DNA of 64,000 bases from positions 124,001 through 188,000 of the IMG/VR virus record IMGVR_UViG_3300009181_000033; one strand, given 5' to 3'. The notes beneath the pieces are model-generated. The model was not told where the DNA came from and searched no databases. It was given only the letters and a program-made list of their open reading frames with translations. This document shows, one piece after another, positions 1-10,052 of this stretch. The position numbers were made by a program, and so were the translations under genes. The first letter of the stretch is position 1, and each line of letters starts with the position of its first letter.

Positions 1-22
1 TTTTAATGGATCTATTTCTACA

Positions 23-346
23 ATGAATGGTTCTTCGAGTCCTGAAGTTCTCGGATCAACATATGTTGATCCGACAAAAATTGGAGGCACCAAGATGGTC
101 CTTGAGGGATCGATAGCTTCTGTTGGTGGAGGTAATTCCACCGCTGCAAACCTGGTGCTCTTCAACAAGACATCGAACTCTGTCGCGACCACAGTTTCGA
201 CTACACTACAAAATTCGACCTTCGTGAGCTCTGAATTGAACATGCCCGCCTCGCCGGGGTTGTACGAGGTCAGGCTCTACGTATCCAACGCAACTGGTGC
301 AACCAGCGCCGCTGTGGCGTACATGGCTCGTCTCCGTTTCTATTGA
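23..346 (+). CDS. Hypothetical virion-associated beta-strand protein (may extend past the left edge)
   Basis: Ser/Thr-rich 107-aa ORF; the frame is open from position 2 to the ATG, so the true start may lie outside the window. Confidence 0.5.
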   Translation: MNGSSSPEVLGSTYVDPTKIGGTKMVLEGSIASVGGGNSTAANLVLFNKTSNSVATTVSTTLQNSTFVSSELNMPASPGLYEVRLYVSNATGATSAAVAYMARLRFY

Positions 347-371
347 ATCTAACGAATAAAGGAAAACAAAA

Positions 372-1418
372 ATGGCACTACCTACATTAGCAAAAACATG
401 GGAAATCAACGCAAATGACGCATATAACTATCAAGGATCAGTTCTCGCAGTTGCAAGGCTTGCAACTTGGAAACTTTTCACTGCACTCAAATCCTCGGGT
501 TGGATAGTTCAGTCGTCATCAAATGGAACAACAGCATCAGCATCAGATTTGTGGACAGATAGCTCTAAACTTAATTGGAATGGGAACGGCCTGGCTAGAT
601 CATGAGTCGTCTTAAGAAACTCCGTATTCGGTAGCACTTATGACATTTGTATAGATTGCTTGTCAGGCGCCGGCGCTTTGAACGTTAACCCTCAAAATTT
701 TGCCATTGTTGCTCGTAAACTTGGTTATGTAACAACTTCGTTGGTAACGACGTCTAGACCAGGTGGATCCAACGCTGGAGATGCAGAGCAAGTCATTGGA
801 AATCATTCACTTGCAACTGGTGGACCATCTTGGAGTCAGCAGTGGTTTGGTGGAGACCAAGCTGATCAAGCCCTAGTTTTTCACTGGCAACGTGCTACAG
901 ACAATTCGGCATTTAGATTTTTTATCTACAACCAAGATATTCTAACATATTTCTTTATGTTGGAAAAAGCCGGTAATCCATCTGCTGCTTGGACAAGTGC
1001 GTCATCAGACAGTCAGGTTGTGGGCTGGGGTATTTCTAGGTACGCTAGCGCCACAACAGTAGATATTGGCACAAATTTATGGACCAACGGTGTTCTAATG
1101 ACTAGATTGGGAACCTCACCCCAGACTGTCGGACTTCGTACTACGGTTGAAAGTTACAACGGTGGTTGGGTAACTCAGGGCATCATAAATGATCAGACTC
1201 TTGAGTATCCAATGATTCCAATGGGCCTTGTCTGCACGAATGCTCCATACCGCATGCGCCTAGGAAACATTGTTGACATGTGGCATACGCAGATCACCCT
1301 GCCCCATGGATCTACTTTCCCATCCGATGGAACTCGTCAATTCCTTCAGTTGGGCACCGTAATCATTCCTTGGGGAACTTCTGCATCTCCAGGTCCCCTG
1401 CTCCGCACACGTTTCTGA
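372..1418 (+). pseudogene. Virion-type protein gene (348 codons) interrupted by one in-frame TGA at 603-605
   Basis: ORFs 372..605 and 660..1418 are in the same frame. The join reads ARS*VVLRNSVFGSTYDICIDCLSGAG with no other stop, and the second ORF has only a TTG start without a clear RBS. Confidence 0.65.
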
Positions 1419-1446
1419 TTCTTTGTAGTCAAGAAAGGAGTCTAGA

Positions 1447-1809
1447 ATGGCAGACTATAGCGGAGGTTCTATTTTCACAGGAGATTGGTCTAATATACCA
1501 ATGTCAGAACTTCGTCCTCGTGACAACCCACTCGTCGGTCCGTTCTTGGGGGCGGTAACTGACAACGATCTGATTTGTAAGATTGGTGGAGACTTAAGTC
1601 CACGTGACAACCCACTACCCGGTTGGTTGGGACTTGAGCTACCAGTGCAAAACACGGTCACCTATTACTATGCAATGCGCGGTAAGGACAACACCGGTTA
1701 CAAGACCTGGGTCGCGTCAGGTTCGCCTGACACAACAGCATCACAGTACACAGGCTCGCTCAGTGGAACGATGACAGACATCGTCGTATTGCAGAGTTGG
1801 ACCAAGTAA
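1447..1809 (+). CDS. Hypothetical virion protein with a duplicated L-x-PRDNPL-x-G motif
   Basis: AAGGAG RBS; motif repeated at 28-aa spacing. Confidence 0.65.
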   Translation: MADYSGGSIFTGDWSNIPMSELRPRDNPLVGPFLGAVTDNDLICKIGGDLSPRDNPLPGWLGLELPVQNTVTYYYAMRGKDNTGYKTWVASGSPDTTASQYTGSLSGTMTDIVVLQSWTK

Positions 1810-1832
1810 CCAAAAACAAAATCACCATTTTT

Positions 1833-1870
1833 CCACCCGGGAGCTATCGAGTTTCCGGGTGGTTTTTTAT
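1833..1870 (+). terminator. Intrinsic terminator
   Basis: ccacccgggagct-atcg-agtttccgggtgg hairpin followed by a T-run. Confidence 0.8.
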
Positions 1871-1934
1871 TTTGTGAAGTTTTTAATTCATATACGAAAA
1901 TATTCAACTGCGAATATTTATTATTTCGGAGGGT

Positions 1935-2159
1935 ATGTCCATGAGCAAGGGTCCGTTATCTCCAAAGGATATGGAGAATTACATACTAGAAATTAAGTCT
2001 GACCTTGAGAAGATATGTGCCACTCTGGCACACTGGCGTCTCTATGGGTACAACGGCACAAAGGAAGTGCCGATCAAATTGTTGCCAATAGAAACACAGG
2101 CGCTTAAAGTGAAAGCCGAGACAAAAAAATTGGTTGAGTACATCCTCAATCTTCAATGA
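1935..2159 (+). CDS. Hypothetical protein
   Basis: GGAGGG RBS; ATATTTA motif at 1914-1920. Confidence 0.6.
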   Translation: MSMSKGPLSPKDMENYILEIKSDLEKICATLAHWRLYGYNGTKEVPIKLLPIETQALKVKAETKKLVEYILNLQ

Positions 2160-2193
2160 TGAATTTAAAACTCACAAATGAAAGGAAAGTATT

Positions 2194-2730
2194 ATGCCCA
2201 TAAATGGAAATGGTGAATTTTTTAGCAGAGTTTCTGGCGTAGGCCCGATCGGGCCCACAGGTCCCACCGGGCCCACAGGTCCCACAGGTGCCCGAGGAAT
2301 TGACGGTTATCAAGGCGTTGACGGTCCCCGAGGTGCAAACGGAGCAACTGGGCCGACCGGACCGGGGGTATACGACATATCAGCAGTCGTTGATGCCAAG
2401 CCAGACGCAAGTGATGTCATCATGAGGTTCGTGGCATGTAGGCCATTCACACTGTCGCTAACAGGATCGGGACATTCCGCGAGATGTCTGACTGCGGGAA
2501 CGAGCACTTCGTCAGCGTTCACGATATCAAGGACCCCGGCAGCTTCGACCACGGCTGCCACATTTTCAACGGTAACATTTGCTGTCAATTCATTGACAGG
2601 TTCCTTCTCAACGCCTGTTTCTGCCCAAGCAACCTTTGCCTCAGGTGACATGTTGACAATAACTGCTCCTGCGACGCAGAACGCCACCTTGGCAGACATC
2701 ATGTTTAATCTTAAAGGAACAGCTTCCTGA
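2194..2730 (+). CDS. Short collagen-like fibre/adaptor protein
   Basis: G-X-Y run (GPTGPTGPT...) then a C-terminal domain ending GDMLTITAP...[12 protein letters not shown]; paralog of 6550..7101. Confidence 0.75.
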   Translation: MPINGNGEFFSRVSGVGPIGPTGPTGPTGPTGARGIDGYQGVDGPRGANGATGPTGPGVYDISAVVDAKPDASDVIMRFVACRPFTLSLTGSGHSARCLTAGTSTSSAFTISRTPAASTTAATFSTVTFAVNSLTGSFSTPVSAQATFASGDMLTITAPATQNATLADIMFNLKGTAS

Positions 2731-2746
2731 TTTATCGAGGTGAACA

Positions 2747-5700
2747 ATGATCAACCATAGAAGAAAAAGAAACGGGGTCGTTTACTACTGGACTAACGGC
2801 AGTGGAACGCTAGACACAACCACAGCAAACGTGAAATTAAACAAACCAGGAGGCACATCGACAACATACCCAAATTCAACCGCTGCGTCAGCTTCAAAAA
2901 CACTACGCATCGCGACGTCGGCTGGGACAATGACCCTTAATCAGGCCACGAACATTGGAAAACTATACAACGACCTGACGACTGGTCAAAACACAATAAT
3001 TTCCGGCAATAAGTTAAACTTCACAGGTGGGGGAGGAACCATCTCGACAGCGGCAGGCGGTACCCTAACCATCAATTCTGATATAACCAGCGATGCTGCC
3101 CTCAACGTCATCGGTGAAGACGTAGTGGTAGTCAATGGAACAAGAACAGACTCTCAAGGAACAAATTTGATCGGTGGAACTTATGTACTGAATAGCGCAA
3201 ATGCAATAGGCACCGCTGGCCCAATATCATTTGGTGGTGGCACGCTCCAATATACCGAAAACAATTCAACAGATTACTCATCAAGATTCAGCACGAATCC
3301 TGGACAACAGTATAAATTTAGCCCCACTAGTTACAACATTTCTTTTGCCAATAGATTAACAAGCCCTAATAGCACATTAACAAAATTGGGCGGAGCACAA
3401 TTGTTTCTCATTAGCGGATCTGTTTGTTCAGGCACAGTCAATGTTAATGGAGGTGCTCTTCAAATTGGGAGGGGAGAAGTAACTGCTCACATGCCGAATG
3501 TTTCTTCCTATGCAGTTTCATCGGGTGCAAGACTGGCATTGAATTACTCAGGAAGCAAAAATTTATCACCCAGCGAATTTAATGTGACCGGGGCTGGGAT
3601 ATTGGATTTTGTGGGACCTGGTCAAATCAACATGAGCGGTTCATTTTCGCACACCGGAGGAACGTGGGTGTCAAGCGGAACATTAGTGTTATCCAGCTCA
3701 AATGCATTAGGGACAACTGGCAATATTTCATGTCCAAATTCTAAGGGCTTCATAAAACACACCCAATTTAATACGGTCGATTACTCTCCGAGAATAGCCA
3801 CCAACTCAACCATTTGCGTTGATGTAGTCGACCAAAACATTGACTGGAATTCAAACATCTCCGGTCTTTATCTGACAAAAAGAGGACAGGGTGATTTGAA
3901 AATAAACGGTACAACGACTAGTTTGGGGTCCATGTCTATCCAAAATGGAAGCGTCATGTTTAAGGGCAGCTCTCTAGGCGACGTTGATCTCGGAACAATT
4001 GCGCTTCTATATGGTGAATCTACATGTAATCAAATAGCCATATCACCAAATGGAGCGAAAGCGTACTGTCCCAAAGACGGTGGTTTGAACATAGTTGATA
4101 CGAACACAGGTGAATTAATAAAATCAATATCAATATCTAATTGCTCATTTTCTTTCATAAAAATAAATTCCACGGGAACGAAAGTTTACTTGGCACAAAG
4201 ACAAGATCTTTCTGGAAACGCCGGTACTAAGATCTATGTCGTTGACACATCGACATACCAAGTCACAAGCATGACTTGTAGTTCATATCCTGCGGCTCTT
4301 GAATTGTCATCAAATGATAATTTTTTGTATGTGATGATGGACAATCCAACAAACAAGATAGAGTCATTCAACGTCGGCACAGGAGTAAAAATTTCATCAG
4401 TTTCAATAAGAAATCCATGGGGAAAGTATATTTCAATATCACCCGATGGAACGAGGTTATTTGTTCCCCTGTATAGGGTAAGCGGTCCGGCTTGGACAGG
4501 TGTGAATATCGTCACAGTCGACCCAATGACTGGGGTGGTATCTTCAACGTATGATTATCGTGAAAGCTTTGCTTCTTCTTTGGCGCTCAGTGGACAATTA
4601 CTTGCATTAAATTCAACAAGTTTTTATTACGTCGCAAATGATTGCACCATAAGGCTATTTACCATTGATGCGGGTGGTGAATATACCGATAATATAGTTG
4701 TTCAATCTCCTTTTGATACTTCTTTTTCATTAAGAACATCGTGGAAAAACAACAATGGGACATTTACGATCGTGTGTAACAGAACAAGCAGAAACTTTGT
4801 TTGCACAATTTCTCCGACATTAAATAAACTGGTGGATTCATGCAGCGTAAAGGCAGACATTTCACATGGTTATTATGATGGCCAAAAATACTTCTTGGCT
4901 GCTTCATCTGGAGATTATTTCATTCTTAAGCCACAAACCTGCTCTTTGATTATTGACAATAATTCGGCCGCGACCAATAGCTCGAATACACAGATCGGTG
5001 GTCTCGGTGGAAAAATTACTAAATTGGGAACAGGAACATTTACACAACAAGCTTCAGACAACACTATTTCTAGTCTCAATGTTTTGTCTGGAACTTACGT
5101 TCTGAATGGTTCACCATCTTCCATTGGAATGTTCAAGGACGGAATAAATGTAGCTTCTGGATCGACACTTGGATTGGCAAATTATGGGTTGAGAAATCTT
5201 TCAGGAACCCTGATTCTTTCAGGATCAGGATTTAACAACAGTGGCTCTCTAAAAAATGTGAGTGGTGATAGCAGCATAACTGGTTCAATCATTCTGGCAC
5301 AAAACTCAAGAATAAATTGTGATTTGGGCAATCTTTTTATTACAAGTTCGATCACTGGATCTGGAAACAGCTTGACAGTAGGTGGAGCAGGAAACGTAAC
5401 AATCGGTGGAGCCAATCTAGCAAATGGCGTGTTGAACAAAGACGGAACTGGCAATTTGACATTAGTGGCGAACAATGTCATAAGTGGTACCATCAATGTG
5501 CTAACAGGGACTCTTACTGCAATTTCCAGTTCGGGATTTGGTTCAACGACGTCCGGTATTATCTTGAATCCAGGCACGGTGTTTGATTTGTCAAATTTGA
5601 AAACAATGACGCCGGTAACAAAGGGCTTCTTAACAGGGAGCAATGCGACGTTGATGTTTGACGCCAGTTCTCCAATTGGGACGAATTCAAGACTGGCAAT

Positions 5701-6532
5701 AAGTGGAAACATCAATTTAACTGGTGCCACAATAAACCTTGGAGCACTCTCCAAAGTTAACGTTGGAACCTACGATTTGATATCGTATACTGGAATCTTG
5801 ACAGGTACGCCCGGGTTCATTTCTGGCAGCGGGATATCACAGGCTTCTTTGAATTTGTCAACAAATCCTAAAAAAGTACAAGCAATCGTAACAAGAGGCT
5901 ATATTGATGCCAACTGGTTCTGGAACTGTACCAGCTCGGGGGCGGGAACGTTGGTCCAAAGAACTGACGGTTCTGTTCAAATGACAAACGCAGGCACTTC
6001 CTCAACGTGGATGTATACGGGAAGTGGTGCCGGCGTTGGTGCAAAAACCTTGACGATGAAGTTTTATTTACCACAAGGTGCACAACTTGCAGGAGGGTCT
6101 GGCTCGAGCCTCATCATCGGTCTTGCAATAGGAAATTCATCAACAGCTGTCTGCAGGGTTTTCGGAATTAACGTCAATAGTATCAACTGGACATATGGAT
6201 GGTATTTAAGGGGTTATGACCTTGGGATGTCAAGAATAATAGGTTCCGATCAGGGAAATTCAACAGACTCTTGGAATAGACCGTCAAGTTCACCTGTATG
6301 GTTGAAGTGCATTGATAATGGGACGACAACGACGTTCCACATGTCATTTGATGGAGTTAATTACACTCAAAAATTCTCTTTGGCAAATTCAACCTGGTCT
6401 GCCGATACAACGAACGGCATTCCAGGAAACAACAATGCGGATTTGTTCGGAATATCACTGAATGTTTCAAACATAAGTTATGATACCAGCAGAGGTCCAA
6501 TAGTCACTCAATTCGATATAACCAGACCATAA
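2747..6532 (+). CDS. Putative receptor-binding/adhesin protein: autotransporter-associated beta-strand repeats, YVTN-like beta-propeller and a C-terminal beta-sandwich
   Basis: Repeats LTKLGGAQL, LTKRGQGDL, ITKLGTGTF, LNKDGTGNL; blades such as IAISPNGAKAY and ISISPDGTRLFV; no signal peptide or beta-barrel recognised. Confidence 0.7.
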   Translation: MINHRRKRNGVVYYWTNGSGTLDTTTANVKLNKPGGTSTTYPNSTAASASKTLRIATSAGTMTLNQATNIGKLYNDLTTGQNTIISGNKLNFTGGGGTISTAAGGTLTINSDITSDAALNVIGEDVVVVNGTRTDSQGTNLIGGTYVLNSANAIGTAGPISFGGGTLQYTENNSTDYSSRFSTNPGQQYKFSPTSYNISFANRLTSPNSTLTKLGGAQLFLISGSVCSGTVNVNGGALQIGRGEVTAHMPNVSSYAVSSGARLALNYSGSKNLSPSEFNVTGAGILDFVGPGQINMSGSFSHTGGTWVSSGTLVLSSSNALGTTGNISCPNSKGFIKHTQFNTVDYSPRIATNSTICVDVVDQNIDWNSNISGLYLTKRGQGDLKINGTTTSLGSMSIQNGSVMFKGSSLGDVDLGTIALLYGESTCNQIAISPNGAKAYCPKDGGLNIVDTNTGELIKSISISNCSFSFIKINSTGTKVYLAQRQDLSGNAGTKIYVVDTSTYQVTSMTCSSYPAALELSSNDNFLYVMMDNPTNKIESFNVGTGVKISSVSIRNPWGKYISISPDGTRLFVPLYRVSGPAWTGVNIVTVDPMTGVVSSTYDYRESFASSLALSGQLLALNSTSFYYVANDCTIRLFTIDAGGEYTDNIVVQSPFDTSFSLRTSWKNNNGTFTIVCNRTSRNFVCTISPTLNKLVDSCSVKADISHGYYDGQKYFLAASSGDYFILKPQTCSLIIDNNSAATNSSNTQIGGLGGKITKLGTGTFTQQASDNTISSLNVLSGTYVLNGSPSSIGMFKDGINVASGSTLGLANYGLRNLSGTLILSGSGFNNSGSLKNVSGDSSITGSIILAQNSRINCDLGNLFITSSITGSGNSLTVGGAGNVTIGGANLANGVLNKDGTGNLTLVANNVISGTINVLTGTLTAISSSGFGSTTSGIILNPGTVFDLSNLKTMTPVTKGFLTGSNATLMFDASSPIGTNSRLAISGNINLTGATINLGALSKVNVGTYDLISYTGILTGTPGFISGSGISQASLNLSTNPKKVQAIVTRGYIDANWFWNCTSSGAGTLVQRTDGSVQMTNAGTSSTWMYTGSGAGVGAKTLTMKFYLPQGAQLAGGSGSSLIIGLAIGNSSTAVCRVFGINVNSINWTYGWYLRGYDLGMSRIIGSDQGNSTDSWNRPSSSPVWLKCIDNGTTTTFHMSFDGVNYTQKFSLANSTWSADTTNGIPGNNNADLFGISLNVSNISYDTSRGPIVTQFDITRP

Positions 6533-6549
6533 CACTAAAGGAGAATAAA

Positions 6550-7101
6550 ATGTCAGTAAATTGGTACAAAGGAAATGAAAGTGGATACCTAAGGGTGTAT
6601 GGTGTTGGTCCCATGGGGCCTTCTGGATCGCAAGGTCCTGCAGGTCCTCAAGGGCCGGCCGGACCGGATGGTTTTCAAGGTGGGGACGGCAATCCAGGAC
6701 CCACAGGGTTCTCTGGCTCTGCAGGATCTTCAATATACGATCTTTTTTCTCAGGTCGACGGAAACCTGGGACCGGGTGAAATTTTCTTCAAATTCCCCGT
6801 GGGAAGATCTTTCACTTTGTCGACAACCGGCTCACAACACGCCGCGCGTTGCGTGACTGCGGCGACGACGTCACCGGCAGTCATAACGATATCAAAAATA
6901 CCCTCAGGGTCAACAACGTCGCAAACATTTGCGACCTGCAACTTTGGGGTGAGCTCAACGACAGGAACGTTCACGATACAGGATGTGACCAAGGCTAGCT
7001 TCGTCTGGGGAGATACGCTGACAATAACAGCGCCTAATCCTGCGAATGCAGCCTTGGCCGATGTAATGATATCGCTCAGGGGATCTACAAATCAACTTTA
7101 G
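6550..7101 (+). CDS. Short collagen-like fibre/adaptor protein (paralog of 2194..2730)
   Basis: G-X-Y run then HAARC...GDTLTITAP...ALADVMISLRG; AAGGAG RBS. Confidence 0.75.
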   Translation: MSVNWYKGNESGYLRVYGVGPMGPSGSQGPAGPQGPAGPDGFQGGDGNPGPTGFSGSAGSSIYDLFSQVDGNLGPGEIFFKFPVGRSFTLSTTGSQHAARCVTAATTSPAVITISKIPSGSTTSQTFATCNFGVSSTTGTFTIQDVTKASFVWGDTLTITAPNPANAALADVMISLRGSTNQL

Positions 7102-7126
7102 TTGATTGAATTCTGGCTCACCGTGC

Positions 7127-7804
7127 TCATTCACTTGAGCGCGGTGAGCTTTTTTCCATAAATGATTTTATTTTATCTTTATGGATGAAAAATGAGAGAA
7201 GGGGAGAGCCGGGCATCACATAGGAGCATATGCCAACCAGCTTGCCTTCGTCATCGAATGCTCCCCCACCTGAATTGCCCATCCACGCCGGTGAAGATAT
7301 TTGAATGTGTTTGGTTTCTTTTTTGAAATTGTATCTACTGGCAGAAACTACGCCCTCGATGAACGTCCACCAGAGTCCATTCGTGTGACCGACTATGTTT
7401 ACATGTTGACCGTCCCATACTTCTTCCGTCAGTAATGCGACGGGGTGTTCTGGTGGATTAAGGGCAATGAGAAGAGCAAGGTCCTGAACAGGGTCTGATT
7501 GCAAGATATGGGCAATTTTTATCTTGCCTTTCCTGTCTCCAATGTCAATGTACATCACCACATTATCTATTTTCTTGTCGTCGACGCAATGTTCGGCGGT
7601 CAAGATCTTATCGCTCCCAACCCAGACTCCTGAACAATAAGGCATCATTTTATCCTGAAGGTCATCCAGATCAGGGATCACCAAAGCGACTGTTGTCCTC
7701 TTTAGTGTGTCAACAAAGTTCTTCTTCGGATTCACAGGCTTAAAAGGTGCACAGGTTGTCAAACCAAACAATATGAAAAACATCATGGCAAACGAAACCC
7801 TCAT
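7127..7804 (-). CDS. Exported trypsin-like (S1) serine protease
   Basis: LTAEHC, DLALL and GNSGG triad motifs; hydrophobic N-terminus ending LTTC; AGGAGG RBS before ATG at 7804. Confidence 0.85.
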   Translation of the reverse strand: MRVSFAMMFFILFGLTTCAPFKPVNPKKNFVDTLKRTTVALVIPDLDDLQDKMMPYCSGVWVGSDKILTAEHCVDDKKIDNVVMYIDIGDRKGKIKIAHILQSDPVQDLALLIALNPPEHPVALLTEEVWDGQHVNIVGHTNGLWWTFIEGVVSASRYNFKKETKHIQISSPAWMGNSGGGAFDDEGKLVGICSYVMPGSPLLSFFIHKDKIKSFMEKSSPRSSE

Positions 7805-8002
7805 AAAACCTCCTGAATTCACATGCGAATTAAAAATAACTATTGTGCTAAATCAACCACCCAAAATCACAAATGATTTTTTTGGAAAAACTCGACTACA
7901 ATCCGTTTTTCAGCGCATGAAATAATTGATGTCATCAATACTTAAAATCTCCTTGGTCAACCAACCTTGTGTGGAGCAAGGGTTTCTGCAAGAAAGACAA
8001 AG

Positions 8003-8848
8003 ATGAAAATAATCACAGTTGGCAATGGCTTTGTGGCAAGTCATCTGCCATATCAGGTTTCCAGAGTTCGCTTCGACAATGGAGTTAAATCAATTTCCAA
8101 ATTTTTGGAAAAAAACAAGCCAGATGTTGTGATCAACTGTGTGGGGAAAACAGGTCGACCCAATATGGATTGGTGTGAAATAAACAAAGGAGAGACCACG
8201 ATTGCCAACGTCGCCCTGCCTGTTTTGTTGGCGCAGGAATGTGCTAAGAAATCTATTCGCATGATTCACGTTGGTTCCGGTTGCATATTTTACGGAAGCT
8301 CCCCATACGTTGAAACAGCAGCAATGACCAGGGCAATTACAAAGGATCATGGATGGAGGGAGACTGACATCGCAAATCCACAATCACACTATTCCAAAAC
8401 AAAATATGCTTGTGATTTGGCAATTGGCGGGATGGAAAACGTGACCATTTTGAGGATTAGGATGCCAATATCGAAAAAGAATCATCCAAGAAATCTCATC
8501 ACTGAATTACGCGGATACAATAAAGTAATCAACGTTCCAAATTCCATGACTTTCATGGATGACTTTGTCAGGTGCGTTGATTGGATTGTCAGCGGCAACA
8601 AAACTGGAATCTATCACGTCACAAATCCAGGGGTCATAACAGCTGCTCAAATCATGGGAGAGTACAAAAAACATAACGCCGATCATGCTTTTTCTATGAT
8701 CAATGAAGAACAATTGACTGGGCTAACGATCGCAAAGAGGTCGAATTGTGTGCTGGACTCTTCTAAATTAAAAGGAGAAGGCTTTGAAATGACGCCTGCG
8801 TCAGACGCCCTTAAGGACTGCATGATCGACTACGTCAGGAATGTTTGA
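8003..8848 (+). CDS. NDP-4-keto-6-deoxysugar epimerase/reductase (RmlD/NRS-ER-like SDR)
   Basis: GNGFVA Rossmann motif, GKTGRPNMDWCE, YSKTK (YxxxK), LRIRMPI. Confidence 0.8.
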   Translation: MKIITVGNGFVASHLPYQVSRVRFDNGVKSISKFLEKNKPDVVINCVGKTGRPNMDWCEINKGETTIANVALPVLLAQECAKKSIRMIHVGSGCIFYGSSPYVETAAMTRAITKDHGWRETDIANPQSHYSKTKYACDLAIGGMENVTILRIRMPISKKNHPRNLITELRGYNKVINVPNSMTFMDDFVRCVDWIVSGNKTGIYHVTNPGVITAAQIMGEYKKHNADHAFSMINEEQLTGLTIAKRSNCVLDSSKLKGEGFEMTPASDALKDCMIDYVRNV

Positions 8849-9064
8849 ATTTTCTTCCCGCTTCATCTTTTCTTCCTTCCAAGGACAGTGTCGGCACCTG
8901 CCATTGCAGCAATATCCTCTACGAAAATGATATGCCTCGGTGAACACCATTCGACCACCCGGCTCCCTGTAGTAATCCACACCTTCAACTATCTTCGGTC
9001 TAGGCTCTATTTTCACGTCAAACATTTTAATTAACCCCCAGAGACTTTTAAGGTCAACAGTCAT
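8801..9064 (-). CDS. Small Cys-rich protein (DUF5522-like)
   Basis: VFTEAYHFRRGYCCNGRCRHCPW motif. Confidence 0.7.
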   Translation of the reverse strand: MTVDLKSLWGLIKMFDVKIEPRPKIVEGVDYYREPGGRMVFTEAYHFRRGYCCNGRCRHCPWKEEKMKREENSNIPDVVDHAVLKGV

Positions 9065-9090
9065 AAAGATTAAACCACGAGCCGTCTAGA

Positions 9091-9621
9091 CTAGTCTTCT
9101 TTGTTGCCGGCGTACTTCACACCCATAATAGTTCCGAGTATTGAAAAGGAATTGGTGAGCAGAATTCCTGTGAGAGAAGCCCACACAGTGCCTACTCTCT
9201 CAACCTCCCTATTTTTTATGAGAGCAAAAACATAGACGGCAGTTGCAACAAAGCCGACGGCTGCAACAACTCCGATTGCGAGGTTGACTATTCTGCGCAT
9301 CATGTGAAATTGATTTTTCTTTTGAAGCAATTCAAGGTCCTGCATAACAACTTTCTTTGCATTTTCAGCATCAAAAAGTGCGGACTTCAATTTTTCCTGA
9401 ATGTCCAAAAGCACCCTGTTTTTGGACTGAAGCTCCTTCATTATTTCGAGCCTCTTTTTTCTGGAATCCTGATCTCTTTCTATCGATTCCTTTATGTAAT
9501 CGATGAACTGAATGTCACCGCATTCAACATCGATCGCTTTGAGAATTGCACCTTCTAACCTGACGCCCTTCTGCTCCGCGAGCTCGATCAGCGATGTTTG
9601 GGCATCTTGTGAAAACTTCAT
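9091..9621 (-). CDS. Coiled-coil protein with two C-terminal transmembrane helices, coupled to the response regulator
   Basis: ATGA overlap with the upstream gene; two hydrophobic segments at the C-terminus. Confidence 0.7.
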   Translation of the reverse strand: MKFSQDAQTSLIELAEQKGVRLEGAILKAIDVECGDIQFIDYIKESIERDQDSRKKRLEIMKELQSKNRVLLDIQEKLKSALFDAENAKKVVMQDLELLQKKNQFHMMRRIVNLAIGVVAAVGFVATAVYVFALIKNREVERVGTVWASLTGILLTNSFSILGTIMGVKYAGNKED

Positions 9622-10052
9622 GCATACACCTTGAAGGGGACTATTTTGTTCTTATAGCCATCATAGTCAAGTTTAAATTTTTCAAGACGAGGTTCTATGT
9701 CGTCTGATTTCACTATCCAAAACTGTGCCCCCGCAAGCATTGCTTTGTTGATCTCCCTTTTGTCTGATGAAGAAGAAATGATGCCGATTACCACTCCATT
9801 CCCATAAACGTGATTTATTCTTCTCACCAATTCTATTCCATCAACTGAAGATCCGACAAGATTAAGATCAACAAAAACGCAATCAGGTTTCTTCATCTCC
9901 CCGGCTTGCCATTTTTGGCATAGACGCTCTGCTTCCTCGGCAGAATTGACTGTCATAAGATGAAGAGTGATATCGAGCAAATTACATACATCTTCAAATA
10001 CAAGATGAAATAAATTTTCATCATCTACTAAGAGGAGCGAATCGATTAACAT
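9618..10052 (-). CDS. Stand-alone response regulator receiver domain
   Basis: LLVDDE, phospho-acceptor FVDLNL, ISSS, conserved Lys in IVKS; no output domain. Confidence 0.9.
   Translation of the reverse strand: MLIDSLLLVDDENLFHLVFEDVCNLLDITLHLMTVNSAEEAERLCQKWQAGEMKKPDCVFVDLNLVGSSVDGIELVRRINHVYGNGVVIGIISSSSDKREINKAMLAGAQFWIVKSDDIEPRLEKFKLDYDGYKNKIVPFKVYA

Noticed and set aside
1519-1616. 14-bp direct repeat cgtgacaacccact as a regulatory site
   Set aside because: Explained by the in-frame RDNPL peptide duplication.
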